This document shows positions 37,006 to 47,184 of a stretch of 64,000 nucleotides of DNA, piece by piece (position 1 is the stretch's first letter; every line of letters begins with the position of its first letter). The position numbers and the translations under genes were made by a program. The notes beneath the pieces are model-generated. The model saw only the letters and a list, made by a program, of their open reading frames with translations. It was not told the origin of the DNA and did no database searches. The stretch is taken from contig CP060229.1 in NCBI GenBank assembly GCA_023898585.1, forward strand, positions 139,388-203,387, read 5' to 3'. The DNA comes from Candidatus Nomurabacteria bacterium. Its GTDB lineage: Bacteria > Patescibacteriota > Minisyncoccia > Phycocordibacterales > UBA918.

Positions 37006-39123
37006 CTACCTAATTTCTCTTTCCCCGTCCGGTCTGATTTCAAGACTTCTGGTCGGATCACCGACTTTCTCATCTTCTTTGTACATTTCTTCAAAAGCAT
37101 CTTTTATTTCGACTCCCTCTTTTTTTAACAAGGCTTCGTATTCATCTCGCTCCAAAGTTTCTACCTCAATCAAGCGCTTGGATATGACGTCGAGTGCTTT
37201 ACGATGTTTGGTAAGAATCTCTCTCGCCTTATTTTTTCCTTCTTCAATAATACGAGAAACTTCCTCGTCGATAGCTTTGGCTACTTGTGGTGAATAACCT
37301 CTATCTTCAGAAGAACCTCCCCCGATTAATCTACCGCCTGTTCCTTCCAAAGCTACCGGACCAAGCCTTTCGCTCATACCATATTTAGTAACCATATCTC
37401 GTGCCATGTTAGCGACAACCTGCAGATCATTTGATGGACCAGTAGAAAGATCGTCAAAGACCATCTGTTCTGTTACGTAGCCACCGAGCGTCATGGCGAT
37501 ATCATCCAAGAATTCTTTTCTGGTGTGCATGCGACGATCTTGATCAGGGAGCTTGAGAGTATAGCCAGCCGCTCTACCTCGGGAAATGACAGATATCTTT
37601 TGTACCGGATCAGCATAAGGAAGCACGGAAGCAACAAGAGCGTGCCCCACTTCATGATAAGCGGTTACAAGCTTCTCATGTTTTGAAAGCACATGACTCT
37701 TCCTTTCCGGACCAAGCATGACTTTTTCGATTGAACGTATTAAATCAAATTGACCGACTTTCTTTCGCTGTTCCCTAGCGGCCAAGATTGCTCCCTCATT
37801 CATAAGTGAATATAAATCAGCTCCTGAAAAACCCGGGGTACGTTGAGCAATTATTTCCAGATTCACGTCTTCTTGCAAAGGCTTCTTACGTGCGTGTACT
37901 TTAAGGATCGCTTCACGGTCCTTCCGGTCTGGTAGGTCAATCGTCACTCTTCTATCGAAGCGCCCTGGTCTAAGTAACGCTGGATCAAGCACATCAGGAC
38001 GATTGGTGGCAGCCATCACAATGACTTTTGCGTTTGGTTCAAAACCGTCCATCTCAACTAAAATCTGGTTGAGGGTTTGTTCTCGTTCGTCATTTCCTCC
38101 ACCCACTCCGGTGCCTCGCACCCTACCAACCGCGTCTATTTCATCGACAAATATTATTGACGGGGCTGACTTCTTAGCCATCTGAAACAAGTCTCGCACC
38201 CGAGAAGCGCCAACGCCGACAAACATCTCAACAAATTCAGAACCTGAGATCGAGAAGAAAGGCACACCGGCTTCGCCAGCTACCGCCCGCGCCAATAATG
38301 TCTTCCCTGTACCGGGCGCACCCATCATCATTACTCCTTTCGGTATCTCCGCGCCGATATCAAGAAACTTCTTTGGGTTTTTGAGGAAATCAACGATTTC
38401 TTCCAACTCTTGCTTAGCTTCTTTGGCGCCAGCCACATCCTTGAAGGTAACTTTTTGTGTAGAGTCATTCGGATCAATCATCCGCGCTTTGGAATTGCCG
38501 AAATTTAAAGCCTGCATACCGGCTCCTTTTACCGACCGTGTAAAGAACCAAATAATCACACCCAGAAATAGTATAGGAAACAAAAACGGAGCGAAGTTAC
38601 CAAACCAGTACATGAATCCTGTCTCACGTTGCACGTCAATCGTAACTTTGGAAAGCTCCTCGACTGTCACGCCCAAGTTGATTAGTGATTCGGTAATGGA
38701 AGCATCGACTTCACGCCTCGCCTCGCCGGGATTTTTAGTTTCGTCGACATAGGAAATTTCCAAGGCCGACCCGCGCACCACTATCTCTTTAACTTCGCCA
38801 GCTTTTACCTGTTTTACAACTTCTGTAATAGTAAGTTCTTCGGGCTTAACTCTTGATTCTGTGATGTACGAAAAAACGGCAGTTATAAAGATGAGTAGCA
38901 ACACCGTCGAGAGCATGTTGTTCCAGAAATTTCCCGGGCCAACGTGCATTTTTTTTCCAACCTGTCGCAAATTACCACCTACCTTATTAGGCCCGGCAAA
39001 GGGTGGTGCAGGCTTCGGAGTTTTCTCTTTGTCCTCAGAATTGCTGTCGTTTGAGACCTCGGGATTTTCCGCAATTTCCGATTTTTCATCTTTTATTTTT
39101 TCAGTGTTTTCAGATTTATCCAT
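37006..39123 (-). CDS. ftsH: ATP-dependent zinc metalloprotease FtsH
   Basis: 705 aa: [31 protein letters not shown], the second-region homology and zinc site HEVGHAL. Two N-terminal TM helices and an acidic C-terminal extension. Confidence 0.9.
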   Translation of the reverse strand: MDKSENTEKIKDEKSEIAENPEVSNDSNSEDKEKTPKPAPPFAGPNKVGGNLRQVGKKMHVGPGNFWNNMLSTVLLLIFITAVFSYITESRVKPEELTITEVVKQVKAGEVKEIVVRGSALEISYVDETKNPGEARREVDASITESLINLGVTVEELSKVTIDVQRETGFMYWFGNFAPFLFPILFLGVIIWFFTRSVKGAGMQALNFGNSKARMIDPNDSTQKVTFKDVAGAKEAKQELEEIVDFLKNPKKFLDIGAEIPKGVMMMGAPGTGKTLLARAVAGEAGVPFFSISGSEFVEMFVGVGASRVRDLFQMAKKSAPSIIFVDEIDAVGRVRGTGVGGGNDEREQTLNQILVEMDGFEPNAKVIVMAATNRPDVLDPALLRPGRFDRRVTIDLPDRKDREAILKVHARKKPLQEDVNLEIIAQRTPGFSGADLYSLMNEGAILAAREQRKKVGQFDLIRSIEKVMLGPERKSHVLSKHEKLVTAYHEVGHALVASVLPYADPVQKISVISRGRAAGYTLKLPDQDRRMHTRKEFLDDIAMTLGGYVTEQMVFDDLSTGPSNDLQVVANMARDMVTKYGMSERLGPVALEGTGGRLIGGGSSEDRGYSPQVAKAIDEEVSRIIEEGKNKAREILTKHRKALDVISKRLIEVETLERDEYEALLKKEGVEIKDAFEEMYKEDEKVGDPTRSLEIRPDGEREIR

Positions 39124-39242
39124 ATGTTGGCCATTATACAGAAAAACCCTTTAATTGCCATGGAAATTGCGAGAAGTGTGTCGCTAAAAATATTACAGTG
39201 TTGTGAAAAGACTGTCCCCCAAGTTTGTTTTTTAATCTAGTC

Positions 39243-39438
39243 TAGAGCATGTCCAAAAACCCTACACGAAAGAGTAAATTCTTCTCTAATATTCTGTTCC
39301 GGCTCGTCGGTTTGTAAAATTTGGTCAAAAAACCGCTATAATTTCTTACCGTACATCAGTATGGCTCGAAATTCTATCAATTTTTTGTCTCAAATTTTGC
39401 AAACCTTTGGAGCTCGGAGGGTTTTTGGACATGCTCTA
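39243..39438. repeat. MITE copy 3 (full length, 196 bp) with perfect 20-bp terminal inverted repeats
   Basis: TAGAGCATGTCCAAAAACCC ... GGGTTTTTGGACATGCTCTA. It carries an internal TTGTAA-N19-TATAAT promoter-like box oriented toward smpB. Confidence 0.7.
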
Positions 39439-39526
39439 GAAATTTTATGTTATTTTCATTCATCACTGATTCTTGAACCAACTTGTGGTATATTCCACTA
39501 GTTGGGGTTATCCATATTTCAAATCC

Positions 39527-39973
39527 ATGACCACTTACATAAAAAACAGAAAGGCCCATTTTAACTATGAAATACTTGAAACATTCGAGGCTGGTTTGGT
39601 TTTGTGTGGTCATGAAGTAAAGGCGGTTCGAACAGGTAAAGGTAAGTTTGATGGATCATACATAATAATCCGTGGTGGTGAGGCTTTTTTAACCGGCGCC
39701 AGCATAGCACCTTACCAACCACTGAATACTCCTAAAGACTACGACCCGGAGCGAGTGCGCAAAATTCTTTTATCTAAAAAAGAATTGCTCCGCTTGGAAA
39801 ACCAGACAGAAACAGCTCGCTTGACAGCTATCCCACTTAAATTGTATAATTCGGGACGGAAAATCAAACTTGAAATCGCTCTAGCGAGAGGCAAGAAAAA
39901 ATACGATAAACGAGAGACTCTAAAAGCTCGTGACAGTAAGCGCGATATTGAGAGAACTTTGAAAAATCAGTAA
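39527..39973 (+). CDS. smpB: SsrA-binding protein SmpB
   Basis: KNRKAHFNYEILETFEAGLVLCGHEVKAVR...IIRGGEAFL. The start is taken at the internal MTTYIKNRK rather than the ORF-track extension. Confidence 0.85.
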   Translation: MTTYIKNRKAHFNYEILETFEAGLVLCGHEVKAVRTGKGKFDGSYIIIRGGEAFLTGASIAPYQPLNTPKDYDPERVRKILLSKKELLRLENQTETARLTAIPLKLYNSGRKIKLEIALARGKKKYDKRETLKARDSKRDIERTLKNQ

Positions 39974-40031
39974 TTTGGATACAAAATGGTGAGAGGGGCT
40001 CACCTATAAGTACATAAAAGAGGAGAAATTA

Positions 40032-40337
40032 ATGTCTAAAGAAATACGGAACTGGTCCGAGGAAGACGCAAGGAGATTGGCGGACGAGGGGATATTGCAA
40101 AACTGGATGCAACATCACATGCATCTGGAAGAGGAATTTCCGAGAATCGACGATGGAGACTTTGAAGAGGCTTGTTGGATTTGCGAGGTGCTGGAGAAAC
40201 TCTTACCGGAAATACCAACGAGGCCTTTGATCGCAGCCCTGGCCGAAGACCCGGAGGCATTCAGGCTAATCGAATGTGAATTGCTGGGTCTCCAAGCCAA
40301 GATAATGGCGATGAACCCGACCAAACCCAGACATTAA
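40032..40337 (+). CDS. Hypothetical small acidic protein (101 aa)
   Basis: Strong RBS (aaagaggagaaattaATG). Glu/Asp-rich. Confidence 0.4.
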   Translation: MSKEIRNWSEEDARRLADEGILQNWMQHHMHLEEEFPRIDDGDFEEACWICEVLEKLLPEIPTRPLIAALAEDPEAFRLIECELLGLQAKIMAMNPTKPRH

Positions 40338-40452
40338 GCAGTAACCGGACACGGAATTATTTCAACCCCGTGTCCGGCCCACCATTTTGTATCCAAATTG
40401 AACTCAATTTATCTGACTACAAAGAACCAACCGACAGCAGGGGTAAAGAAGT

Positions 40453-40812
40453 ATGACAACAATCAGTACGTTGAAAGTGAACCGTGGTGCCAGAAAATAC
40501 AAGAGCCTTAGCGGTCTAAGAACAGACAATAGTCTGGGTAAAAACGGAAAAGCACAAAGCGAGCTCACAAAAAAAGTTTGGGCAACAGATGTACAATTCA
40601 AGCATACCGTAAAGTTGGGTAGGATTTGCGACACCAAGTCCAACCGCTATGACCTGTTAGTTAATTATTTAACAAGTCAAAAAGGTTACAGTCCGGATAC
40701 AGTAGTAATGGCCGGCGACAATAGCCGGGGCACGTGCGCGATCATAACCCCAGACGAAACAGAGTACCGAGCGCATAAATTCCGTATTTGCGAGAGACCT
40801 GTCAAAACTTGA
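40453..40812 (+). CDS. Hypothetical small basic protein (119 aa)
   Basis: An ORF with a moderate RBS. Lys/Arg-rich, no motif recognised. Confidence 0.3.
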   Translation: MTTISTLKVNRGARKYKSLSGLRTDNSLGKNGKAQSELTKKVWATDVQFKHTVKLGRICDTKSNRYDLLVNYLTSQKGYSPDTVVMAGDNSRGTCAIITPDETEYRAHKFRICERPVKT

Positions 40813-40876
40813 ACCTTGACTTAAGGAGGGCGCAGAGCGCCCTCTACAATTCTTTGTAGCCAGATTAGTTTTTTAT

Positions 40877-40922
40877 GTACACCGTTCCCAGCCCTAGATC
40901 CATCCGACTTGTCGGATGGATC
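40877..40922. repeat. Perfect 46-bp palindrome (22-bp stem, 2-nt loop)
   Basis: CCCAGCCCTAGATCCATCCGAC-TT-GTCGGATGGATCTAGGGCTGGG, with no following T-run. Confidence 0.7.
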
Positions 40923-41416
40923 TAGGGCTGGGGATGCTAGGCATCGACGGTTAGTCGTGTCGGTTGTGTGCAGTGTCGAAATTGGTAATCAATTCGTTAA
41001 AAGGTTCCAACTTGTACATGCAAAGAAAGCTGTACCAAGTCCTTACGCTCGCGCGTTTGGATTCAGTCCCGCCTTCGCGTAAACATACGCCAGCCGGATT
41101 GACGCTCGAAAGTTAAACGTCTCATACGACTTTTCGGGTGGAATAGACACGAGACTGTGAAAGCCTTTGTCGTTGTCGTAGGTTTTCAAGATTCTAACAA
41201 CTCGAGTAATTAGTGTTTTGTTCATTCTTTAACTAATTACTCCAAACCAAAGAATGTACTATGCACTGTAGACCCACAATCACACCCTAATTCGGACGCG
41301 GATTCGATTTCCGCCATCTCCACATTAACGAACCTTATTCTGCATAAGCTTATTTGCGTGTTTTTGAGATAAGAGTGAAATGTTAGAACCTATAATATCT
41401 TTGTTATACTTGATAT

Positions 41417-42262
41417 ATGGAAAGAATTGAAGACCGCACAGAAAGAGTTAGAACCTATCAAGAAAGGTACTTACCTGAAGGGATGCGTTCTCAAAAGAAG
41501 GTGAACTTAGTTATTTCTGCTGGAATGGAGTTGATGTACGCTCGACAAGCAAACATTGAAGGAATAGAAAACTTGCCTGAAAAAGGCCCTTTCATTATTG
41601 TGGCTAATCACTTCAACCTTAAAGAAACTGAGATACTCCTCGCATTGCTTAAGAACTATGATGCTCACGTTATAGCGTCAGAAAAGGTACACGGTGAACA
41701 TCCTGTACGAGGTATCGGTCTTAGAGCTATTCGAGGCCTCACCGCACCAGACAGTCTCGCTCACCTCACACCTGAAGAAAAGACTGCTCTACTTGAACGA
41801 GTGTCAGACGATTTTGTCAAACAAAAGTACCAAGAGATAATTGAGCGAGAGGAAGCGGGAGAGGTTGATAGAAGTGGCCTTATAGAGCTTATTCGATCTT
41901 CTGTCGCACTATTGTCGAGAGGCGATGTGCTTGTAATTTATCCCGAAGGTCTATGGCTCTACGATGGTGAGGAAGGTGCGCCACGAAGCCATTCTCTTTA
42001 CAAAGGCTACGATGGCTTTGCGGTTATAGCCGAACAATACAAGAGGCTCACTAGTGAAGATGTTCCAATTGTACCTATAGGCTTTTATGAGGAAGGAGAA
42101 AAGAAGCAAGTAAAGATTGGTAACGCTAGTACACTTCAAGATAATGATACCGAGCTTTCAAATACCGATTGGTATATGGGACAAATCGCTGAACAATTAC
42201 CGGAGGAACAACGAGGATATTACGCTCAAAAATCTCAATCACCAGAAGTCGACAATTTTTAG
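41417..42262 (+). CDS. Lysophospholipid acyltransferase (PlsC/LPLAT)-family protein
   Basis: 281 aa. FIIVANHFNLKETE (HxxxxE variant of the HxxxxD motif) and LVIYPEG (motif III). Confidence 0.45.
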   Translation: MERIEDRTERVRTYQERYLPEGMRSQKKVNLVISAGMELMYARQANIEGIENLPEKGPFIIVANHFNLKETEILLALLKNYDAHVIASEKVHGEHPVRGIGLRAIRGLTAPDSLAHLTPEEKTALLERVSDDFVKQKYQEIIEREEAGEVDRSGLIELIRSSVALLSRGDVLVIYPEGLWLYDGEEGAPRSHSLYKGYDGFAVIAEQYKRLTSEDVPIVPIGFYEEGEKKQVKIGNASTLQDNDTELSNTDWYMGQIAEQLPEEQRGYYAQKSQSPEVDNF

Positions 42263-42313
42263 AAAATTTGCACACTCCATTTCAATCAAAGAGGTTTTAA
42301 CCCCATGTAAACT

Positions 42314-42368
42314 GCTCCACGAGCAAAATTAAGCCCGCTTTCGCGGGTTTTAATTTTGCTCGTGGAGA
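42314..42368. terminator. Nested hairpin terminator-like structure
   Basis: CTCCACGAGCAAAATTAA-gcccgctttcgcgggt-TTTAATTTTGCTCGTGGAG: an 18-bp outer stem enclosing a GC inner hairpin. Confidence 0.5.
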
Positions 42369-42569
42369 TGGAAGCAGTGTGTCTGCACATACTGCGGGGC
42401 AATCGAAAGCGCCACAGTATATTTTCTTTCACCTGCCTAGCGAAAGAAAAATCGAGGCGCCGTCCAGGAGCCTTAGTATCTTTTGGAGCGTGGCGAACAA
42501 AAGTACTTAGGACTCCAAGAATCAATCCCCCATCAAAAAACTGAACAAAGGGGCAGAAAGTACTACACC

Positions 42570-43610
42570 ACGCATTTTCGGGCTAAAGAAACAATCTAGG
42601 ACCTAAAACACCAAAACCACGGCTCTGTATAGCCGTGGTTTTATGTTTATCTAGCTCGCATGGTTAATAAACGAGTTAGATGTCCCTATTGTTTATCATT
42701 ACAAACTAAAAAGAAAGGTAAACAAAGTGGTAGACAGCGCTATGGTTGCAACGATTGTGGTAAACGATTTCAAACTAAGCAGAGAGAAACAGGGTTGGTT
42801 AATAAATTATGGGAAGAGTATACACATCAAAAACAAACGCTGACCGAACTGTCTAACAAATACAAGAAGAGTCACGTCTGGGTACGTACACGATTAGATC
42901 AAGTTAAAACCTCAATACCAAACATACAACCACAAAAGACGGTTATCGTAGCTGACACCACCTTCTGGGGACGACACTACGGTGTCTGTGTCTTTAGATC
43001 ATGGAACTTACGAAGAAACATTTGGTGGGGTGAGGTTGAGACTGAGAAAGTGTCTCACTATCACTACGCTCGTAAATTATTAGAAGAACGTGGTTGGACA
43101 TTCATCGCTGCCGTAGTGGACGGAAGGCGTGGATTAGCAACGGTTTTTAAGGATATACCAGTACAAATCTGTCAGTTTCATCAACTGAAGACCGTGACCA
43201 AGTACTTAACTAGAAAGCCAAAGACTGAAGCTGGTAAAGAACTGCGAAAACTGGCTTTAACACTCACGAAAACAAACGAAGAAGACTTTGCTAAAGCTCT
43301 AACTATTTGGGAGGAGAAGTATCATAATTTCTATACTGAGAAAACGTACGTTACCTGTACTAACCATTGGTACTACACACACAAGAATGTACGTAGTGCC
43401 TATATGTCACTGAAACGAAACTTGCCTAATTTATTTACCTACCAAAAATATCCAGAGCTTAATATTCCTAACACCACCAATACTATTGATGGATACTTTG
43501 CGTCACTCAAAAAGAAAATCGCCCAACACCATGGACTGAGGAGAGACAGAAGGCTTAGGGTTATTTCTGAGCTACTAAATAGGTCCTAAAAAGTTTCTTT
43601 ACTCCGCATT
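42570..43610 (+). mobile_element. Zinc-ribbon DDE IS element (IS1595/IS1-like) copy B, apparently intact, with a putative 8-9-bp target duplication (cgcattttc)
   Basis: Imperfect terminal inverted repeats GGGCTAAAGAAACAATCTAGGACCTA and GAGTAAAGAAACTTTTTAGGACCTA (reverse complement), flanked by cgcattttc on both sides. Confidence 0.7.
42660..43589 (+). CDS. IS transposase (N-terminal CxxC...CxxC zinc ribbon plus DDE domain), 309 aa
   Basis: MVNKRVRCPYCLSLQ...YGCNDCGKRF, then IVADTTFWG...AAVVDGRRG...CQFH. Confidence 0.75.
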   Translation: MVNKRVRCPYCLSLQTKKKGKQSGRQRYGCNDCGKRFQTKQRETGLVNKLWEEYTHQKQTLTELSNKYKKSHVWVRTRLDQVKTSIPNIQPQKTVIVADTTFWGRHYGVCVFRSWNLRRNIWWGEVETEKVSHYHYARKLLEERGWTFIAAVVDGRRGLATVFKDIPVQICQFHQLKTVTKYLTRKPKTEAGKELRKLALTLTKTNEEDFAKALTIWEEKYHNFYTEKTYVTCTNHWYYTHKNVRSAYMSLKRNLPNLFTYQKYPELNIPNTTNTIDGYFASLKKKIAQHHGLRRDRRLRVISELLNRS

Positions 43611-43803
43611 TTCTCAAAAAACCATGACTGCCCCCGTTTCTGCTTATTAGAACATCGGCTGATAGTGATGGGTATTTTTTGCTGAGAACTTATACTTCCA
43701 TCTACCCAATACCAAACTGACATGACGTTGACAAGAATGTTCTTTAGGTTTAAATAACATCGGAGGTAAAAAGTGAAACAAGAATCTTTTAATTGGAGGT
43801 GTA

Positions 43804-44037
43804 ATGATGGCATTAATTACCCCGGAACAACACCGAATCAACGAAAGAAATATTTTGACCGCGCCCTCAGGCATGTTCGTGTTGGTCTATACCGACCCAA
43901 GAGATCACTGGCCACACCGTGAAGGCCGACCAGTAGGTAGCGTCGAGGAAGCAATTACAAAGAAACGTAGACTGATGCACGACCAACAGCTGTGTGTAAC
44001 CATACACAATGACAAAGGAGAGCTGGTGAATCACTAA
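43804..44037 (+). CDS. Hypothetical small protein (77 aa)
   Basis: RBS ggaggtgtaATG. Terminator hairpin downstream (aatagccccagcgggctatttt). Confidence 0.35.
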   Translation: MMALITPEQHRINERNILTAPSGMFVLVYTDPRDHWPHREGRPVGSVEEAITKKRRLMHDQQLCVTIHNDKGELVNH

Positions 44038-44259
44038 CTCACACCACTCATCCTTCTTTTAATAGCCCCAGCGGGCTATTTTATTTACACTTTATGCCCT
44101 CTGTGTACTGACAAAATCTATTGCGATGGGAGAGGAAGCGAGTTGGTGCTCAATGATGACACGACTCGTTACGAACCAAAGTGAAATCTGCTCGTTAACA
44201 CCGACTCTTTACCCGCAGAGAAAGTCGCATATATTGAAAAATGAGTTACACTATAGGAT

Positions 44260-44631
44260 ATGTCAAAGAAATCAATTCTCATTATTGAAGACTCGCCCTA
44301 CTTGGCAGAATCTTTGGTCGACATGATCAACATAAGAGGTTTCAATGCTATGATGTCTCCAACCGGGCGCGAGGGTGTAATTACCGCAATTGAGAACAAG
44401 CCAGATTTGATACTACTTGATATTCGCCTGCCCGACATAGACGGATACGAAGTATACCGGAGAATTCGCAAAGACAAATGGGGGGCTAAGGCTAAGATAC
44501 TGGTTTTGACAGCTTCCGAGTCGATTGAAAATATTTCAAAAAATATTGACCTGCCGACTGACAGAATCCTCTTCAAACCCAACTGGAGTGTTAAGGATCT
44601 TTTAGACAGAATTGCCGAGGAATTAAAATAA
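44260..44631 (+). CDS. Stand-alone response-regulator receiver domain protein (CheY-like)
   Basis: ILIIEDSPYL...DLILLDIRLPDIDG...ILVLTASE. Confidence 0.8.
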   Translation: MSKKSILIIEDSPYLAESLVDMINIRGFNAMMSPTGREGVITAIENKPDLILLDIRLPDIDGYEVYRRIRKDKWGAKAKILVLTASESIENISKNIDLPTDRILFKPNWSVKDLLDRIAEELK

Positions 44632-44638
44632 TCAAGTC

Positions 44639-45946
44639 TCAATCTTTATCCGGTAACTCGAGTGGCAAGACAACCTCAAACGTTGTGCCGATGTTTTCGG
44701 TAGTGGTGAATGAGATATTCCCTTTCAAAACAACGACCGCTTCATGAACGATATACAAGCCAAGACCGGTCCCATCGGGAACATCACGCACCGCATTGGA
44801 AGCCCTGAATAATTTAGAAAAGATACTGTCTTGGTCTTCTGCTGGAATACCCATACCATTGTCTGCTACGGTGATGATTATGTTGTCATTTTTACGACCA
44901 AAACCTAAATGTATCGTCCCTTCTTCGCGAGTATACTTCACCGCATTTGAATAAAGATTGGTTACTATCATGCGCAATAGATTTTGATCTGTCACAACTT
45001 CATCGAGGGTTTCATCAAAAAACGTCTTGACGATTATTTTTTTCTGCTCAACTTTCTGTGCTTGTTCGGAAACGATATCTTCAAACAGCTTGACCAAAGA
45101 TATGGTGCGATACTCAGCTTGAAAAGTACCTAGTTCAAAACGCGAAACTCGTAAGAAATCGTCCACCAAGACCGCCATACGTTTTATACTGATGAGTAAT
45201 CTTTCAATGTATTTATGTTGTCTTTCAGTGAGGGTTTCCGGATTGTCCATTTGCAATAACTCCGCGCTCCACTTCATACCGGCAATCGGGGTTCGTAATT
45301 GATGAGAAGCCAGAGACACAAACTCTGACTTAGCATCTTCGGCTTTTTTCTGTTTGGTGATATCGACGAGGGTAAGAAGGCCGATTTTTTGACCAACCAT
45401 ACTGGTACAACTAAACAGCGATAGCAAAGCCCAGGATTCGCGCTTGTCAGGCTTCTTAACCATAACCATTTCATCGCTAACAGCCACTCCGTTACGATAC
45501 TTCTCAATAAGGAAATCAAGATGTTCGAGTTTGTCACTTTGCAATCGACTGAAAATGTTAATGCCTTTAACTTTATCTTGAGATGATCCGAGCAATCTGA
45601 CAGCTGAGATGTTTGCCGACTTAACGTGTCCATCATAGTCTATGATTAAATAAGGGACCGGACTGTTTTTGTACAGTTGCGTATACAACTCTTCTGAAGA
45701 AACCGACGTGTCACCATAAACAATTCCTTCAAAATCGACAGTGTGAGTAGATTCTTTGACTGAATCAAAGGTGTTCTTGGCCACGAAAATACAACAAAGT
45801 AGTGACGTAAGGAACAACAACCCACCAAGATCAGCGTCCGAAAAGTCATAATACCCAACCAAGATAATCAAAGAACCTACCAATATCGCAAAAACGGCGC
45901 TTGATTGTGCCAAAGCTTTTCTGTTTTGCTTAAACCAAGAAATCAT
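44639..45946 (-). CDS. Sensor histidine kinase with TM helices and a PAS domain
   Basis: H-box SHQLRTPIAGM, N-box LYSNAVKYT, G-box DNGMGIP...GTGLGLYIV. Confidence 0.8.
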   Translation of the reverse strand: MISWFKQNRKALAQSSAVFAILVGSLIILVGYYDFSDADLGGLLFLTSLLCCIFVAKNTFDSVKESTHTVDFEGIVYGDTSVSSEELYTQLYKNSPVPYLIIDYDGHVKSANISAVRLLGSSQDKVKGINIFSRLQSDKLEHLDFLIEKYRNGVAVSDEMVMVKKPDKRESWALLSLFSCTSMVGQKIGLLTLVDITKQKKAEDAKSEFVSLASHQLRTPIAGMKWSAELLQMDNPETLTERQHKYIERLLISIKRMAVLVDDFLRVSRFELGTFQAEYRTISLVKLFEDIVSEQAQKVEQKKIIVKTFFDETLDEVVTDQNLLRMIVTNLYSNAVKYTREEGTIHLGFGRKNDNIIITVADNGMGIPAEDQDSIFSKLFRASNAVRDVPDGTGLGLYIVHEAVVVLKGNISFTTTENIGTTFEVVLPLELPDKD

Positions 45947-45996
45947 AATTGAGTATATCTTTGCTCACATCATAACACTACAAAAGTAATATTTTG

Positions 45997-47184
45997 TTAT
46001 GTATTTTGCATAGCGAGCTGATTCGCCACTTGGACCATTTCACCCATTTCATCTGTTCTCATTACGACCACTTTAACTTCACTTTTGTCTTCACTTATTA
46101 CTCCGTCCTTACCTACCAAGAGATCGTTTTTGTCTTTATTTATATGAATACCTAGGTGCGACAGACCTTGTAACACTATACTCCTAAGCTCTGAGCTACG
46201 GACCGAGGCGGTCGCGGTCAAGACCAGCACATCAAGACCGCCAAGTGAGACAGTCTCAAAAGCAATGGCTTTCTGAATGTTGTAGGCAAAGACATCAAGC
46301 GCGTGCGTGGCAACAGGTTCTTTTTGAGCCCTTCTGTCCAGCAGTTTTCTTATATCGGAATCATTTGACATTCCCAATAAACCGCCGTTTGTGTTGAGGT
46401 ACATTTCGGCTTCTCTCGGTCGAAAATTTTTGACTCGCATTAATTCAAGTAGTGCGGCAGTATCCACATCGCCGGCCCGAGTTCCCATTGGTAAGCCGGT
46501 CGAAGGAGAAAAGCCCATGGTGGTTTCAACACTCTTACCTTCTTTCACCGCAGTTACACTGGTGCCGTTTCCAATATGGCAGACGATCATCCGCCCGGGC
46601 TCTCTTCCTATCAAAGAGTGAATGCGACGTGCAACCGATGCTATCGATAACCCGTGGTAACCAAAGCGATAGACATCGTACTTACTGGCATCGTCAGCTT
46701 TTATACTGTATTCACGAGCTTTCGGTGGCATTTCGGCGTGAAAAGCACTGTCAGAGGCGGCGATGATTTTAACACTCGGGTAATGCTTTTTGACCGCTTC
46801 TATTTCCTTTAAGATGACCGGGATGTGCAACGGAGCAACAGACTCCTTTTCTTTTAACCTTTTTATATAACTATCACTTATCAGAGAATGGTGCTGAAAA
46901 TAAGTGCCGGGAGCCACCACCCTGATAACAACCACATCCGGTTTTTTACCAATAGATTCTTTGATTAAATGCACCTTTACTGCATCAACCACCTGGGAAA
47001 ACGCGCTTAAGAAATCAGATTCACTGATCGCTTCACAGGTCTGATGCAATCCGGACACTTGTGAACACATTTCAAATCCGGTGTTTGTCTTTTCAAATCG
47101 TAGCTCCACCTCAACCTTTCCGTCACAGTAAAGAGCGTATTTTCTAGATGAGCTTCCGGGATTTACCACTAACGTCGCTCCCAT
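45997..47184 (-). CDS. ackA: Acetate kinase
   Basis: LVVNPGSSSRKYALY, HIGNGTSV, and C-terminal motifs of the ASKHA acetate/propionate kinase family. Confidence 0.9.
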   Translation of the reverse strand: MGATLVVNPGSSSRKYALYCDGKVEVELRFEKTNTGFEMCSQVSGLHQTCEAISESDFLSAFSQVVDAVKVHLIKESIGKKPDVVVIRVVAPGTYFQHHSLISDSYIKRLKEKESVAPLHIPVILKEIEAVKKHYPSVKIIAASDSAFHAEMPPKAREYSIKADDASKYDVYRFGYHGLSIASVARRIHSLIGREPGRMIVCHIGNGTSVTAVKEGKSVETTMGFSPSTGLPMGTRAGDVDTAALLELMRVKNFRPREAEMYLNTNGGLLGMSNDSDIRKLLDRRAQKEPVATHALDVFAYNIQKAIAFETVSLGGLDVLVLTATASVRSSELRSIVLQGLSHLGIHINKDKNDLLVGKDGVISEDKSEVKVVVMRTDEMGEMVQVANQLAMQNT

